Source: Pyrolobus fumarii 1A (GTDB lineage: Archaea; Thermoproteota; Thermoprotei_A; Sulfolobales; Pyrodictiaceae). Taken from it: DNA of 32,000 nt. The notes beneath the pieces were generated by a model that saw nothing but the letters and a program-made list of their open reading frames with translations, was not told where the DNA came from and did no database searches. The stretch spans positions 150,001 through 182,000 of the forward strand of contig NC_015931.1 in the NCBI RefSeq assembly GCF_000223395.1, given 5' to 3'. Made by a program: the position numbers and the translations under genes. Shown piece after piece: positions 1 through 8,679 of the stretch (position 1 is the first letter of the stretch; the number at the start of each line of letters is the position of its first letter).

Positions 1-1
1 G

Positions 2-226
2 TACATTAAGGAGCTTGTGAGCGGCGAGGATACTTGGCCCGGCTTTCCCGATGCACTGGGTAAGCAAGCCCATTGTGTAGAGCTTGATGTGGTTAAGGTC
101 GAGACGAAACTAAGGGTTAAAGAAGGCCTTGTTTCGGGTGCGGCTCGGGGAGGTGTGAGTAATGGTAAAGCCACCCAAGGGCTTTCGCCATCGCACAAGG
201 AAGCTTCTACGCAAACACATCCGTGA
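2..226 (+). CDS. 3' end of a gene entering from the left edge; C-terminus resembles tRNA pseudouridine synthase Pus10
   Basis: Frame 2 is open from base 2 to the TGA at 224-226. The translation YIKELVSGEDTWPGFPDALGKQAHCVELDVVKVE fits the conserved Pus10 C-terminal block (YIKEfvsGd...ELDV..V). From memory, Pus10 precedes rpl21e in other archaea. The last ~65 nt overlap rpl21e. Confidence 0.5.
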   Translation, partial: YIKELVSGEDTWPGFPDALGKQAHCVELDVVKVETKLRVKEGLVSGAARGGVSNGKATQGLSPSHKEASTQTHP

Positions 227-503
227 GAAGGGTGCAGTACCCCCACTAAGCCTCTTAATGCATGAGTACAAGCCTGGCGATAAAGTCTACATAATAATCA
301 ACCCGTCGGTAATGAAGGGTATGCCTCACCGCCGCTATCACGGTAAAACAGGCACTGTTGTCGGGAAGCGCGGTAAGTGCTATATCGTAGAAGTACGTGT
401 TGGTGGTAAGGTAAAACAGTTGATAGTGAGACCGGAGCATCTACGTCCCGTCCCGTCAGAGGCTCTCTCTGGGGGCAAGAAGAGTGAGGGCGAGAAAGCT
501 TGA
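162..503 (+). CDS. rpl21e: 50S ribosomal protein L21e (eL21)
   Basis: N-terminus MVKPPKGFRHRTRKLLRK and the block PHRRYHGKTGTVVGKRG are typical of L21e. A GGAGGTG Shine-Dalgarno sits 8 nt upstream of the ATG. Length is 113 aa. Confidence 0.95.
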   Translation: MVKPPKGFRHRTRKLLRKHIREKGAVPPLSLLMHEYKPGDKVYIIINPSVMKGMPHRRYHGKTGTVVGKRGKCYIVEVRVGGKVKQLIVRPEHLRPVPSEALSGGKKSEGEKA

Positions 504-853
504 AGATTAAGGATATCCGTTATGTGCCGATACCATATGCCTACAAGCTGTTAGCTGAGGCGTTACCGCGTGGAGAGGAGCAACCATACAGCGAAATAGT
601 ATATCGAACCCTGAACTATCTACGTATGTTCTCTAAGTGTACGTCGGATAATGCTGTGAAGGCTGTTGAGAGGCTAAAGACTGAATTCGGGTTGAACGAG
701 TATACATGTGTGCTGATAGTCAACATAAGGCCGCGCACAGTATACGAGTTAAAGGCTATACTTGCGGCTGCAAAGACTGGTTTGACGCTCACCGACGAGG
801 ATCTAAAGAAGATAATTGAGGTACTAGACGAGGTTTGTGGGCAGCAACAATAA
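500..853 (+). CDS. rpoF: DNA-directed RNA polymerase subunit F (Rpo4/RpoF)
   Basis: 117 aa Rpb4-like helical protein in the conserved position after rpl21e. The TTG start overlaps the rpl21e TGA (TTGA). Confidence 0.8.
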   Translation: MKIKDIRYVPIPYAYKLLAEALPRGEEQPYSEIVYRTLNYLRMFSKCTSDNAVKAVERLKTEFGLNEYTCVLIVNIRPRTVYELKAILAAAKTGLTLTDEDLKKIIEVLDEVCGQQQ

Positions 854-947
854 GGAATATGTGGTTTTATCCGTGGTCGGTGATTCTGCGAAAGACTTAG
901 TGTTTTAACTTCCTTAAAGATTGTATTGTATCACGAGGTAAATAGAC

Positions 948-1691
948 ATGGAGACTAGGCGTGAATGGCGTCCTCGCGGTAGAAGGCCGCACCGGCATAG
1001 ATGTAGAAAGCCGCCGGAGCGGACAGCCTATGTGTTGGACTTTAGGCCGCCTAACCCCGAAGACAGGCACCGCGAGCATAGAGAGCAGGACTATCTGCAG
1101 CTTGTGGGTGACGAGTACTTTACTCTCATGGAGGCATTGCCTCGTGAGGATGTAGAGATAGCTGTTGGTTCTAGGATCTGGCTTGAGGGCGAGAATAGTA
1201 GTGTGAAGGAGTGTAGCACTGTTCTGATAGACTATGAGGAGTTATCACCTTATGCGAGGACGAAGCTAGAGGAGATAGTACCCGAGATAATAAAGAGGAA
1301 AGAGCGTGTCTTTGTAGAGTTCTTCAACGTTGCCCAGCCTATTAACATACGTTTCCACACACTCGAGCTGCTCCCAGGTATAGGGAAAAAGACTATGATG
1401 AAAATCCTTGACGAGCGTGAACGCGAGCCATTCAAGTCCTTCGAGGATATCAAGAGACGTGTACACATAGACCCTGTCAAGGTGATAACTGAGCGTATTA
1501 TCCGCGAGTTACAGGGCGAGGAGAGATACTATCTATTTGTAAATCCGCCGCCTAAGGCGAGAAAGCGGCGTGACATAGTGGTGCTTAACGTGCTGAAAGT
1601 GTTGTATTCTAGGGTGGGAAGTGGTGAGACCTCCGCTAGCGAGCAAGAGAGCTCTGTTAGAGTGGACGAGGCGAGTACTCAGAGCTCATGA
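948..1691 (+). CDS. DUF655-family helix-hairpin-helix nucleic-acid-binding protein
   Basis: Core AYVLDFRPP...QLVGDEYFTLMEALP...FHTLELLPGIGKKTMMKILDERE...RYYLFV matches the DUF655 layout (OB-like domain plus HhH). It sits in the conserved position between rpoF and ksgA. It has an Arg/His-rich N-terminal tail. Confidence 0.8.
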   Translation: METRREWRPRGRRPHRHRCRKPPERTAYVLDFRPPNPEDRHREHREQDYLQLVGDEYFTLMEALPREDVEIAVGSRIWLEGENSSVKECSTVLIDYEELSPYARTKLEEIVPEIIKRKERVFVEFFNVAQPINIRFHTLELLPGIGKKTMMKILDEREREPFKSFEDIKRRVHIDPVKVITERIIRELQGEERYYLFVNPPPKARKRRDIVVLNVLKVLYSRVGSGETSASEQESSVRVDEASTQSS

Positions 1692-2439
1692 GATTAGGCC
1701 GCGACGAAGCTTAGGCCAGAACTTTGTGGTCGACCCAAGACTTGTGCTTGAAATTGCGCGTAACATGCGTGGATGTAACTACGTTGTTGAACCAGGGGCT
1801 GGTCTTGGAGTGGTAACTTCCAGGCTTAGTGATAATGCAGGATACGTTCTTGGAGTCGAGGTTGATGCGCGTTTTATACCGTTGCTCGGGGAAGTAGCAC
1901 GCGAGCATAAGAATATAGACGTTGTGTATGGCGATATACTGGAATTGTTCTTTGAACGTGTGGAGTGTATGGCAGGGAATCTACCCTACTCGATAACAGG
2001 TCCTTTCTTCTCAAGGCTAGTTAAGGTATTCAGGCCTAAGAGTGCTATCTTCACTGTGCAGCGCGAGGTTGCCTCGAGGCTTGCAGCCAAGCCTGGAACG
2101 TCGAGTTACGGGAGATTGACAGTGTTAGTTCAACTGGTGTACGAGGTTAAGCTAGGAAATGTATATCCACCCTCATCCTTCTACCCGCCTCCCGAGGTGT
2201 ACTCCCAGACGGTAAATCTACGATTACGCGAGGATGCTGTCTCACCTAGCGAGATAGAGATAGTAGAAGAGTTCACACGTTGTCTCTTTTCACAGCGTAA
2301 CAAGCGTGTTGCAAAGGTACTAAGGTCGTGTTGTGAAAACGGTGATTTTGTTAACGATGTTGGCGAGCGCAGGGTCTACGAGCTTTCACCATCCGAGGTA
2401 TATTCATTGGCGCTGAAGTGTTTCGGCAGCAGCAGGTGA
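1621..2439 (+). CDS. rsmA: 16S rRNA (adenine1518/1519-N6)-dimethyltransferase KsgA/Dim1
   Basis: LGQNFVVD near the N-terminus, SAM motif VVEPGAGLGVVT and catalytic GNLPYSIT. The GTG start is the only canonical in-frame start and overlaps the DUF655 gene by ~70 nt. Confidence 0.9.
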   Translation: MVRPPLASKRALLEWTRRVLRAHEIRPRRSLGQNFVVDPRLVLEIARNMRGCNYVVEPGAGLGVVTSRLSDNAGYVLGVEVDARFIPLLGEVAREHKNIDVVYGDILELFFERVECMAGNLPYSITGPFFSRLVKVFRPKSAIFTVQREVASRLAAKPGTSSYGRLTVLVQLVYEVKLGNVYPPSSFYPPPEVYSQTVNLRLREDAVSPSEIEIVEEFTRCLFSQRNKRVAKVLRSCCENGDFVNDVGERRVYELSPSEVYSLALKCFGSSR

Positions 2440-2446
2440 TGTAGTA

Positions 2447-3160
2447 TTGAAGATCCGTGTTGTTGTAGTTGGTATTGAGGGACCGATTAACCTTGGTTTC
2501 ATAGCAAGACTCGTGAAGAACTTTGAGGCTGATGAGCTATTCCTGGTTAAACCTGTGGCGCAGGTCGATGAGACTGCGTTACGCTTTGCTGCCCATGCGC
2601 GTGATGTGCTTGAACGTGTTGTTATAGTTGAAAGTCTTGATGATGCTTTGAAGGATGTAGCTGTTTCAGCGTGCACCTCTGCCCGTGTGGGACAGAAGAG
2701 TGATGTTCTCAGACATGCTGTGACGCCCTGGGAGCTTGTCGAGATGGTTGAAGGATATAGTAGTGTTGCTCTTGTTTTTGGCCGCGAGAGTACCGGTCTT
2801 ACACGAGAAGAGATAGCCAAATGTGATCTCTTAGTCTCCATTCCCGCCAGCCGTGAGTACCCCGTGCTCAATCTCTCGCATGCTGTCGGTATACTGCTCT
2901 ACGAGATGTTCAAGAAGTTTAGATTGAAGAAGTCACAGTTTAGGATAGAGCCTGCGCGTGAAGAGAACATACGCGTCGTCATAAAAAGATTGGAGTGTAT
3001 AGCTGAGCGTGTTGTAAAAGATGAGAGGTTGGCGCAGGTATTGCCCGCTATTAGACATATGGTTGTTAAGGCTGGTTTGACTGCCGGCGAAGCGAGTAGC
3101 CTATCGTATTTCCTAAAGAAGCTCGCTTTAGAGTTGGGGGCGGAAGAATGTATACGCTGA
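2447..3160 (+). CDS. trmJ: SPOUT/TrmH-class RNA 2'-O-methyltransferase, TrmJ-like
   Basis: N-terminus KIRVVVVGIEGPINLGFIARLVKNFEADELFLVKP plus the knot motifs ALVFGRESTGLT and IPASREYPVLNLSHAVGILLYE, as in TrmJ. TTG start. Confidence 0.75.
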   Translation: MKIRVVVVGIEGPINLGFIARLVKNFEADELFLVKPVAQVDETALRFAAHARDVLERVVIVESLDDALKDVAVSACTSARVGQKSDVLRHAVTPWELVEMVEGYSSVALVFGRESTGLTREEIAKCDLLVSIPASREYPVLNLSHAVGILLYEMFKKFRLKKSQFRIEPAREENIRVVIKRLECIAERVVKDERLAQVLPAIRHMVVKAGLTAGEASSLSYFLKKLALELGAEECIR

Positions 3161-4185
3161 TTTTCACAACAAACCCTGGTATCGAGGATATAGCGGCTGA
3201 GGAAATAGCAGCTAAGTTGAACGCGAGTATAGTATCGGCAGATAAATTACGAGGACGTGTTATAGCTAAAGTGGCTGAGGATAAGCTCTATCGTGTTGAT
3301 CTGTTACGGTCTATTCACCGTGCAAGAATCTTGCTTGGCGAGACCAGCGTGTGTAGAGAACGAGCATGTCTCGAGCATATACGAGAATTTATAGAGACGT
3401 TGCCACTGAGCGAGTATATCACTCCGCGTGTGAGCTTTGCTGTAAGAGCAGAGAGAGTAGGGGAGCACGAATACACATCGCTTGATATAGCCCGTGTAGC
3501 TGGTGATGCTGTTATAAATCTTGTTAGAAGTGTGTATGGTGAACGTCCCCCAGTAGACTTGGATCATCCCCACGTGATTATAGCCGTCGATGTTATGTTT
3601 GACAAGCTCTATGTCTCTATCGAGCTTGGTGGTGACCTTTCATGGCATCGTAGAGGTTACAGGGTGTACGAGCATCCAGCCTCGTTGAAGCCGACGTTAG
3701 CTTATGCGATGTTGATCATAAGTGGTGTGCGTGATAGCGAAGTTGTTATGGACCCCATGTGCGGTGGGGGTACCATACCCATAGAGGCTTTGTTATTCCT
3801 TGAGGATGCCAGGGCAATCTGCTCAGATTTCAATCCGTTGCATATCAGGGGTGCTAAGATGAATGCAATGGCGGCTAGAGTCTACAAGCGTATGAAATTC
3901 TATGTCCATGATGCTAGGCGTATTAGCGAGGTTGTCAAGAGCGTTGATAGAATAGTTCTCAATCCACCATATGGCATTAGGCTTGGTAATCCGCGTGACA
4001 TACGAGCATTGTATACGGACTTTCTACGCGAAATAAGCAGGTTAGACTTCAGGCGGCTTGTCATGATAACCACTGAGCATGTACACGTGAAGAACGTGGC
4101 TGAACGTATAGGTCTTAAGATCGTGCACGAGAGAGTAGTTGCCCACGGTAATCTCTGGCCAAAGATACTGGCTCTAGAGCATTAA
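3148..4185 (+). CDS. THUMP-domain tRNA guanine-N2 methyltransferase (Trm14/RlmL-like)
   Basis: N-terminal ferredoxin-like/THUMP region, then SAM motif I DPMCGGGTIPIEA and motif IV NPPYG. Overlaps the upstream gene by 13 nt. Confidence 0.8.
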   Translation: MYTLIFTTNPGIEDIAAEEIAAKLNASIVSADKLRGRVIAKVAEDKLYRVDLLRSIHRARILLGETSVCRERACLEHIREFIETLPLSEYITPRVSFAVRAERVGEHEYTSLDIARVAGDAVINLVRSVYGERPPVDLDHPHVIIAVDVMFDKLYVSIELGGDLSWHRRGYRVYEHPASLKPTLAYAMLIISGVRDSEVVMDPMCGGGTIPIEALLFLEDARAICSDFNPLHIRGAKMNAMAARVYKRMKFYVHDARRISEVVKSVDRIVLNPPYGIRLGNPRDIRALYTDFLREISRLDFRRLVMITTEHVHVKNVAERIGLKIVHERVVAHGNLWPKILALEH

Positions 4186-4197
4186 GCTAAAAACGGG

Positions 4198-4206
4198 TGT
4201 TTAACT
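4198..4206 (+). promoter_or_regulatory. Putative TATA box for a near-leaderless rpl10e transcript
   Basis: TGTTTAACT is centred ~26 nt upstream of the rpl10e ATG at 4228, in a 42-nt spacer after a co-directional gene. No Shine-Dalgarno is present. Confidence 0.35.
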
Positions 4207-4227
4207 GAAGGGCTATGGGTACACGTC

Positions 4228-4767
4228 ATGCCGTTGAAGCCCGCCAGATGCTACACTAAGCGGCGTAGTAAGAACCTCTCTGGACCGCCATACACGCGCA
4301 AAGAGTACATACACGGTGTGCCGCCGCCCAAGATCTCCAAGTTCGTAATGGGTAACCCGCATGGTGACTACGACTATGCTGTCGAGGTATACGTGCTAGA
4401 GCGTGGACAGATAAGGCACAATGCGCTCGAGGCAGCCCGTGTAATGGTACACAAGTATCTATCGACGACTATAGGTGAGCAGAACTATCTCTTCAGAGTG
4501 CGTGTATACCCGCATCACGTGCTAAGGGAGCACAAGATGATGGCATTTGCTGGTGCAGACCGTCTACAGGAGGGTATGAGATTAGCCTTCGGTAAACCTG
4601 TTGGTACGGCGGCTAGAGTAGAGCCTGGACAAGCGGTGCTAGAGGTTCGCGTCAGAAAGGAGCACCTAGATGCTGCAAAAGAGGCGCTACGTGTAGGCGC
4701 ATCGAAGCTACCTCTGCCAACAAGAATCCGCGTTATCCCGTTGAAGGAGGGACTGTCAGCACAGTGA
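4228..4767 (+). CDS. rpl10e: 50S ribosomal protein L10e (uL16)
   Basis: [36 protein letters not shown] and the block [28 protein letters not shown] are diagnostic of L10e. Confidence 0.95.
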   Translation: MPLKPARCYTKRRSKNLSGPPYTRKEYIHGVPPPKISKFVMGNPHGDYDYAVEVYVLERGQIRHNALEAARVMVHKYLSTTIGEQNYLFRVRVYPHHVLREHKMMAFAGADRLQEGMRLAFGKPVGTAARVEPGQAVLEVRVRKEHLDAAKEALRVGASKLPLPTRIRVIPLKEGLSAQ

Positions 4768-5771
4768 AGAAGCTCGACTGGGCAGCCATCATAGAACGTG
4801 AAATTTTAAACATATGCGAGTCTGTCAAAGGCAAAAAAGTGTTTGTCGAGTTACCCGAGGGCTTCAAAATCTATACGAGCCTTATCAGGAAACTGTTGTT
4901 GTCTTGTGGTGCGCGTCAGGTAGCTTTTCGCCTAGAACCTACATACGGCTCCTGTGAGTCGATGACGTGCGAGTTACACCATGCAATTTTTGATGTTGTT
5001 CTGCACGTGGGGCACGATGCGTATCCTTATGAACCGTTAAAAGAATGTAATGGTGTCGAGATAATTTACGTGCCTGTGAAGCTCAATGTAGAAGATGTTG
5101 ACACTAAGAAATTAGTGCGTCTCATTATCGATACCCTGTCGGAGGACGGCGTAGACACTATTGCTATCGGGTATAACACTCAGTATGAGAAGATAGCGCT
5201 TCACGTGGTTAATGAGGTAAATATGCATGGCTTCAAAGTGTTGAGGACAAGTCCTATACTCGGGTGTTTCTTCGGAGGACTTGATAAGCTAGAGAATGTA
5301 GATGCTTACTTGGTATTCGGGAGTAGATTCCACGCACTAGGGCTTGGACTAGCAACTCATGCGTCAAGCAGGATATACGTCGTTGATGTAGACAAATACT
5401 CTGTGAATGATTATACTAGCGATGCAGAGCGTGTTCTGCGTGTACGCTACGGAAAAGCCATGGAGGCTCGAAATGCTCGCAAATGGGGAATCATTGTTGG
5501 TGCACGCAAAGGTCAATGTAGATTGTGGCTTGTAGAGAGGCTCGCATCGCTATTCACTAGCAGAGGACTGGAGTACACACTACTCTATAGCTCAAGAACC
5601 CTTAGACAAGATCTTGATGCTATTCCCGTCGATGTTGCTGAAGCCTTTGTCGTAACTTCGTGTCCTAGGCTAGCTATCGAAGACCTAAGCGATTATTGGC
5701 GTCCCGTGTTGACACCAGGAGAAGCACTCTATGCTCTAGGGGTGTATGACAGGGTGAAATTCCCATGGTGA
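4764..5771 (+). CDS. dph2: Diphthamide synthase Dph2 (2-(3-amino-3-carboxypropyl)histidine synthase)
   Basis: 335 aa with a three-domain Dph2 layout and the EPTYGSCES cysteine motif. GTGA start/stop overlap with rpl10e. Confidence 0.8.
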   Translation: MKKLDWAAIIEREILNICESVKGKKVFVELPEGFKIYTSLIRKLLLSCGARQVAFRLEPTYGSCESMTCELHHAIFDVVLHVGHDAYPYEPLKECNGVEIIYVPVKLNVEDVDTKKLVRLIIDTLSEDGVDTIAIGYNTQYEKIALHVVNEVNMHGFKVLRTSPILGCFFGGLDKLENVDAYLVFGSRFHALGLGLATHASSRIYVVDVDKYSVNDYTSDAERVLRVRYGKAMEARNARKWGIIVGARKGQCRLWLVERLASLFTSRGLEYTLLYSSRTLRQDLDAIPVDVAEAFVVTSCPRLAIEDLSDYWRPVLTPGEALYALGVYDRVKFPW

Positions 5772-6433
5772 ATAGCGTGGAGCGTGTAAGCAGGAAACAT
5801 CTTGCAATCATACTTTCGCGTGTCCCTAGCTTTGAGAGAGCCAAGGTTGAGCTTGAGCAGTACCGTACAGACCCGGAAGTTGCAGCTACACTAGTATACA
5901 GTGTTCTGGCGAGGGAGGGGAGTGTAGATAGTATAGCTGATTTTGGATGTGGTACTGGTATGCTCACGTATGGGATGCTAATATCGGGTGCAGCGGCTTA
6001 TGCGGTATGTATTGATATAGACTATGACGCGATAAGAGTGGCACACGAATTTGTCCGCAATGAAATGTTTGGACATGCGGTTGACCTTGTAGTGGCAGAT
6101 GCAAGGTGTCCACCACTCCGCGAAAAGAGCATTGAGGTTGTAGTCATGAATCCTCCGTTCGGGATTCGTTCCAGGCGTGGTATTGATCTAGAGTTTCTTC
6201 GCGCGGCTATTGCAGTATCAAATAAGGTGTATAGCATACATGCTTGGAGCGATGGATTATTACGGGCTATACGTGCAAAGCTAGGATGCAAAGCTGGTGT
6301 TATCGACGTGTTAAATCATGCTATACCAGCGTTTCTACTTGAGCATCGAAGGCGTGTTCATCGAGTTAAAGTTGCACTAGTAGTAGTGAGAGGTGAAGAT
6401 TGTGAAACGCGAAGCGCGGATACTTGTAGTTAA
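5765..6433 (+). CDS. METTL5-like (COG2263) SAM-dependent N6-adenine RNA methyltransferase
   Basis: LEQYRTDPEVAA, motif I DFGCGTGML and motif IV NPPFG. Overlaps dph2 by 7 nt. Confidence 0.75.
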   Translation: MVNSVERVSRKHLAIILSRVPSFERAKVELEQYRTDPEVAATLVYSVLAREGSVDSIADFGCGTGMLTYGMLISGAAAYAVCIDIDYDAIRVAHEFVRNEMFGHAVDLVVADARCPPLREKSIEVVVMNPPFGIRSRRGIDLEFLRAAIAVSNKVYSIHAWSDGLLRAIRAKLGCKAGVIDVLNHAIPAFLLEHRRRVHRVKVALVVVRGEDCETRSADTCS

Positions 6434-6707
6434 TACCGTGGACGACATGTACTGTGTTGCCGTAGTGCGTGGATTCAAGCTCATCGATTGGATTGAGTGT
6501 GGGGCGTTGGGCCATGTTATGGAGGCCTTCCGCGAATCCAGTGTAAAGTACGAGACGCGATTATTCGTGTTGTGTACCAGATATAGTGCCGTACAAAGAC
6601 TACTCGAAAAGATTGGCCTATCCTATGTTGAGGTTAATGGTGACGAGCTTGGGCTTGTTTGCAGGTTCCTCGGCGAGCTTGCTGGCCTGCTTAGGGCTAT
6701 TCGTTGA
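6393..6707 (+). CDS. Hypothetical protein (~101-104 aa), no family recognised
   Basis: Co-directional ORF filling the gap between the methylase and csl4, with a non-repetitive alpha/beta-looking composition. GTG at 6393, or GTG at 6402 preceded by GAGAGGTG. Overlaps the methylase 3' end by 32-41 nt. Confidence 0.4.
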   Translation: MKIVKREARILVVNTVDDMYCVAVVRGFKLIDWIECGALGHVMEAFRESSVKYETRLFVLCTRYSAVQRLLEKIGLSYVEVNGDELGLVCRFLGELAGLLRAIR

Positions 6708-6744
6708 TTAAGAGGTTTTGAGCAGATGCGGCTAGGGGGTAGTA

Positions 6745-7347
6745 TTGAGCGAAAGGAGGCAAGAGCTAGAGAAGCTACATCGTAGTCTTGTTGTACCTGG
6801 CGAGGAGATATGTGTGATCGAGGAGTTCGTGCCTGGCGAGGGCGCTTATGTGCTTAATGGCGTTGTTCGCTCAGGTGTAGTGGGTAGGGTGTTCTTGGAT
6901 TGGATTCAGCGTCGTGTTTCCGTCATAAACCCGGTTGGGAAGCCGCGTATTCCACGTAGAGGTTCTACAGTATATGGAGTTGTAACCGCATTGTTACGCG
7001 AGGATCTTGTGCTAGTCAAGGTATTTGCTGATGAGCGTTTACGTCGCTATAATGGTATGTATACTGGTTTCTTGCACGTTTCTCAAGCTAGCGACAAGCC
7101 TGCTAGGAGTATATTGGAGGTTGTGAAGCCTGGAGATGTTATCCGAGCGAGAATAGTCAATGCTAAGCATCCATTCCAGCTCAACATAAAGCTCGGCAAT
7201 AGTGGTGTTGTAGCTGCACTCTGCTCTAAGTGTGGTGCGCCCCTCTACCGAGTGCCAGGTCAGCAGCCTCTCGTGTGTCTGCGATGCGGGAGTAAAGAGA
7301 ATAGGAAGATAGCAACGGGTTACATCTACGTAAAGAAGGGTAGGTAG
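6745..7347 (+). CDS. csl4: Exosome complex RNA-binding subunit Csl4
   Basis: N-terminal VVPGEEICVIEEFVPGEGAYVLNGVVRSGVVG, a central S1-like domain and a C-terminal zinc ribbon CSKCGAPL...CLRCG. TTG start with GGGGGT 5 nt upstream. Confidence 0.85.
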   Translation: MSERRQELEKLHRSLVVPGEEICVIEEFVPGEGAYVLNGVVRSGVVGRVFLDWIQRRVSVINPVGKPRIPRRGSTVYGVVTALLREDLVLVKVFADERLRRYNGMYTGFLHVSQASDKPARSILEVVKPGDVIRARIVNAKHPFQLNIKLGNSGVVAALCSKCGAPLYRVPGQQPLVCLRCGSKENRKIATGYIYVKKGR

Positions 7348-7349
7348 GC

Positions 7350-8006
7350 GTGCCGCTAGTCAAGAGACTCTACACAATCAGAGTCCCACCGGGCATAGAT
7401 CTCGACAAGTTGAATGAGAGGTTACGGGAAGCTATCCGTGTACCGTATGCCGAGATAGAAGTGGAGAAAGATGGTAGACTCCGTATTATGCTCGTTGGTG
7501 TAGAGGCAGACGTGAAAGACAGTTGGTATCGTATTAAGAACGTTGTTGCTGAGTTATGGGATCTCTACAATCTGTCTAAGAAAGGCGAGGTTAGCGTTGA
7601 TGCCATTGTGAAAGAGATTAGGCGTACATTCCCACCACAAGCGCTTGTAGAAGCTCTTAGCCTTCGTGGCTATAGGGCGGAACTGCTCGAGGGTAATGTG
7701 ATAAGGACCAATGCGCCACTAGATGTTGTGCTTAGCTTAGCCTCACGTATAGCTGAGGTCCTCGAGGAGATAAAGTTCGATGTTAGGGGTACTGCGGCTA
7801 AACGTGTAGTGGCGGCTGTAGCAGCGGCGTTTGATGTAGTGCCCCAGGAGGTAATAGAAGTGGGGCTTAAAGCTGATGTATTTGAGCATGATGAGGAAGG
7901 AAAGATAGTGTTAAAGAGGGAATGGAGGCAAGCGATTAGGAGACTTGGTGTCGTTTTCAGGGCGGGTGGTCTGGTTGGCGAGACTGGAACTAGTGAAGGC
8001 GAGTGA
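7350..8006 (+). CDS. Uncharacterised protein between csl4 and rpoL (possibly the archaeal DUF2067 family)
   Basis: 218 aa non-repetitive ORF. GTG start 2 nt after the csl4 stop. Its 3' end overlaps rpoL. The DUF2067 assignment is from memory only. Confidence 0.55.
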   Translation: MPLVKRLYTIRVPPGIDLDKLNERLREAIRVPYAEIEVEKDGRLRIMLVGVEADVKDSWYRIKNVVAELWDLYNLSKKGEVSVDAIVKEIRRTFPPQALVEALSLRGYRAELLEGNVIRTNAPLDVVLSLASRIAEVLEEIKFDVRGTAAKRVVAAVAAAFDVVPQEVIEVGLKADVFEHDEEGKIVLKREWRQAIRRLGVVFRAGGLVGETGTSEGE

Positions 8007-8262
8007 AAAGAGGGTTGAGGTTCGCCTGAGGGGCGAGGACCATACAATGGCTAATTTGATAGTTAAGTTAGCGATACGTAAGCCTCATGTGACATACGCT
8101 GCATATAGGATTGACCATCCGCTGGTAGACGACCCTGTCGTGGTTATAGCGACTGACGGTACAGTGTCGCCTATAGATGTATTGGAGAACGTGCTTAACG
8201 AGATAGTAAAGTTGTGTGATGAGTTCAAAGAGAAGTTTGAGAAGACTGCATCCAAGGGCTAG
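7975..8262 (+). CDS. rpoL: DNA-directed RNA polymerase subunit L (Rpo11/RpoL)
   Basis: EVRLRGEDHTMANLIVKLA...AAYRIDHPLVDDPVVVIATDG is the Rpo11 signature. The ORF is open from TTG 7945. TTG 7975 or GTG 7993 give an N-terminal length closer to known RpoL. Start uncertain. Confidence 0.85.
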   Translation: MARLELVKASEKRVEVRLRGEDHTMANLIVKLAIRKPHVTYAAYRIDHPLVDDPVVVIATDGTVSPIDVLENVLNEIVKLCDEFKEKFEKTASKG

Positions 8263-8285
8263 AGCCTAGCTACTAGATAACAGCA

Positions 8286-8294
8286 GGTTTATCC
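8286..8294 (+). promoter_or_regulatory. Putative TATA box upstream of tfs
   Basis: GGTTTATCC lies ~45 nt upstream of the TTG start at 8335. This would leave a short leader carrying GGGTGG. Confidence 0.3.
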
Positions 8295-8334
8295 GCTGGC
8301 TGTAAACCTGGCCCCTCGATTAGGGTGGACAACG

Positions 8335-8679
8335 TTGAAGTTCTGTCCGCGTTGTGGCACTCTAATGGCGCCTCGGCGTGAAAATGAGCAAGTGGTTTAC
8401 GTGTGTCCCAAGTGTGGACATCGTGAAGGAGCTGCGGGTGCAGGTGATGTTGCTAGCAGGGTACTAGTTACAACAATTAAGCACAGTGAGAAAGAAAAGC
8501 TTGTAGTCATAGAGTCCAACATGGAAGAGAAGCTCCTGCCAAAGACGCGTATACAGTGCCCGCGCTGCAGCCACGATGAGGCCTACTATTGGGTTGTGCA
8601 GACGAGGCGTGCAGACGAGCCACCAACAAGATTCTATAAGTGTACAAAGTGCGGCCATGTCTGGAGAGAGTATGACTAA
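8335..8679 (+). CDS. tfs: Transcription cleavage factor TFS (RpoM / Rpb9-TFIIS-like)
   Basis: N-terminal ribbon FCPRCGTLM...CPKCGH and C-terminal TFIIS-type ribbon CPRCSHDEAYYWVVQTRRADEPPTRFYKCTKCGHVW containing the acidic ADE loop. Confidence 0.9.
   Translation: MKFCPRCGTLMAPRRENEQVVYVCPKCGHREGAAGAGDVASRVLVTTIKHSEKEKLVVIESNMEEKLLPKTRIQCPRCSHDEAYYWVVQTRRADEPPTRFYKCTKCGHVWREYD

Noticed and set aside
861-880. The GGTTT(T)ATCCG..TGG motif seen in intergenic spacers at 861-880 and 8283-8302, with a weaker GGTTATCCTGG at 25815-25825
   Set aside because: The shared core is only a TATA-like TTTATCC(G). I did not scan coding sequence exhaustively, and TTATCC occurs often there. These are treated as ordinary promoter-like A/T elements, not a specific operator.
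1395-1401. C-box-like ATGATGA heptamers (1395, 7888, 17944) that could mark C/D box sRNAs
   Set aside because: All lie inside coding sequence; the one at 17944 is a start codon pair. None has a CTGA D box with a terminal stem at the 50-70 nt spacing expected for archaeal C/D sRNAs.
2404-2871. 155-aa minus-strand ORF antisense to the ksgA end and the TrmJ-like gene
   Set aside because: It lies entirely inside well-supported plus-strand genes. Its translation is Ser/Thr/Arg/Ala-rich low complexity, typical of a shadow ORF. It has no start context.
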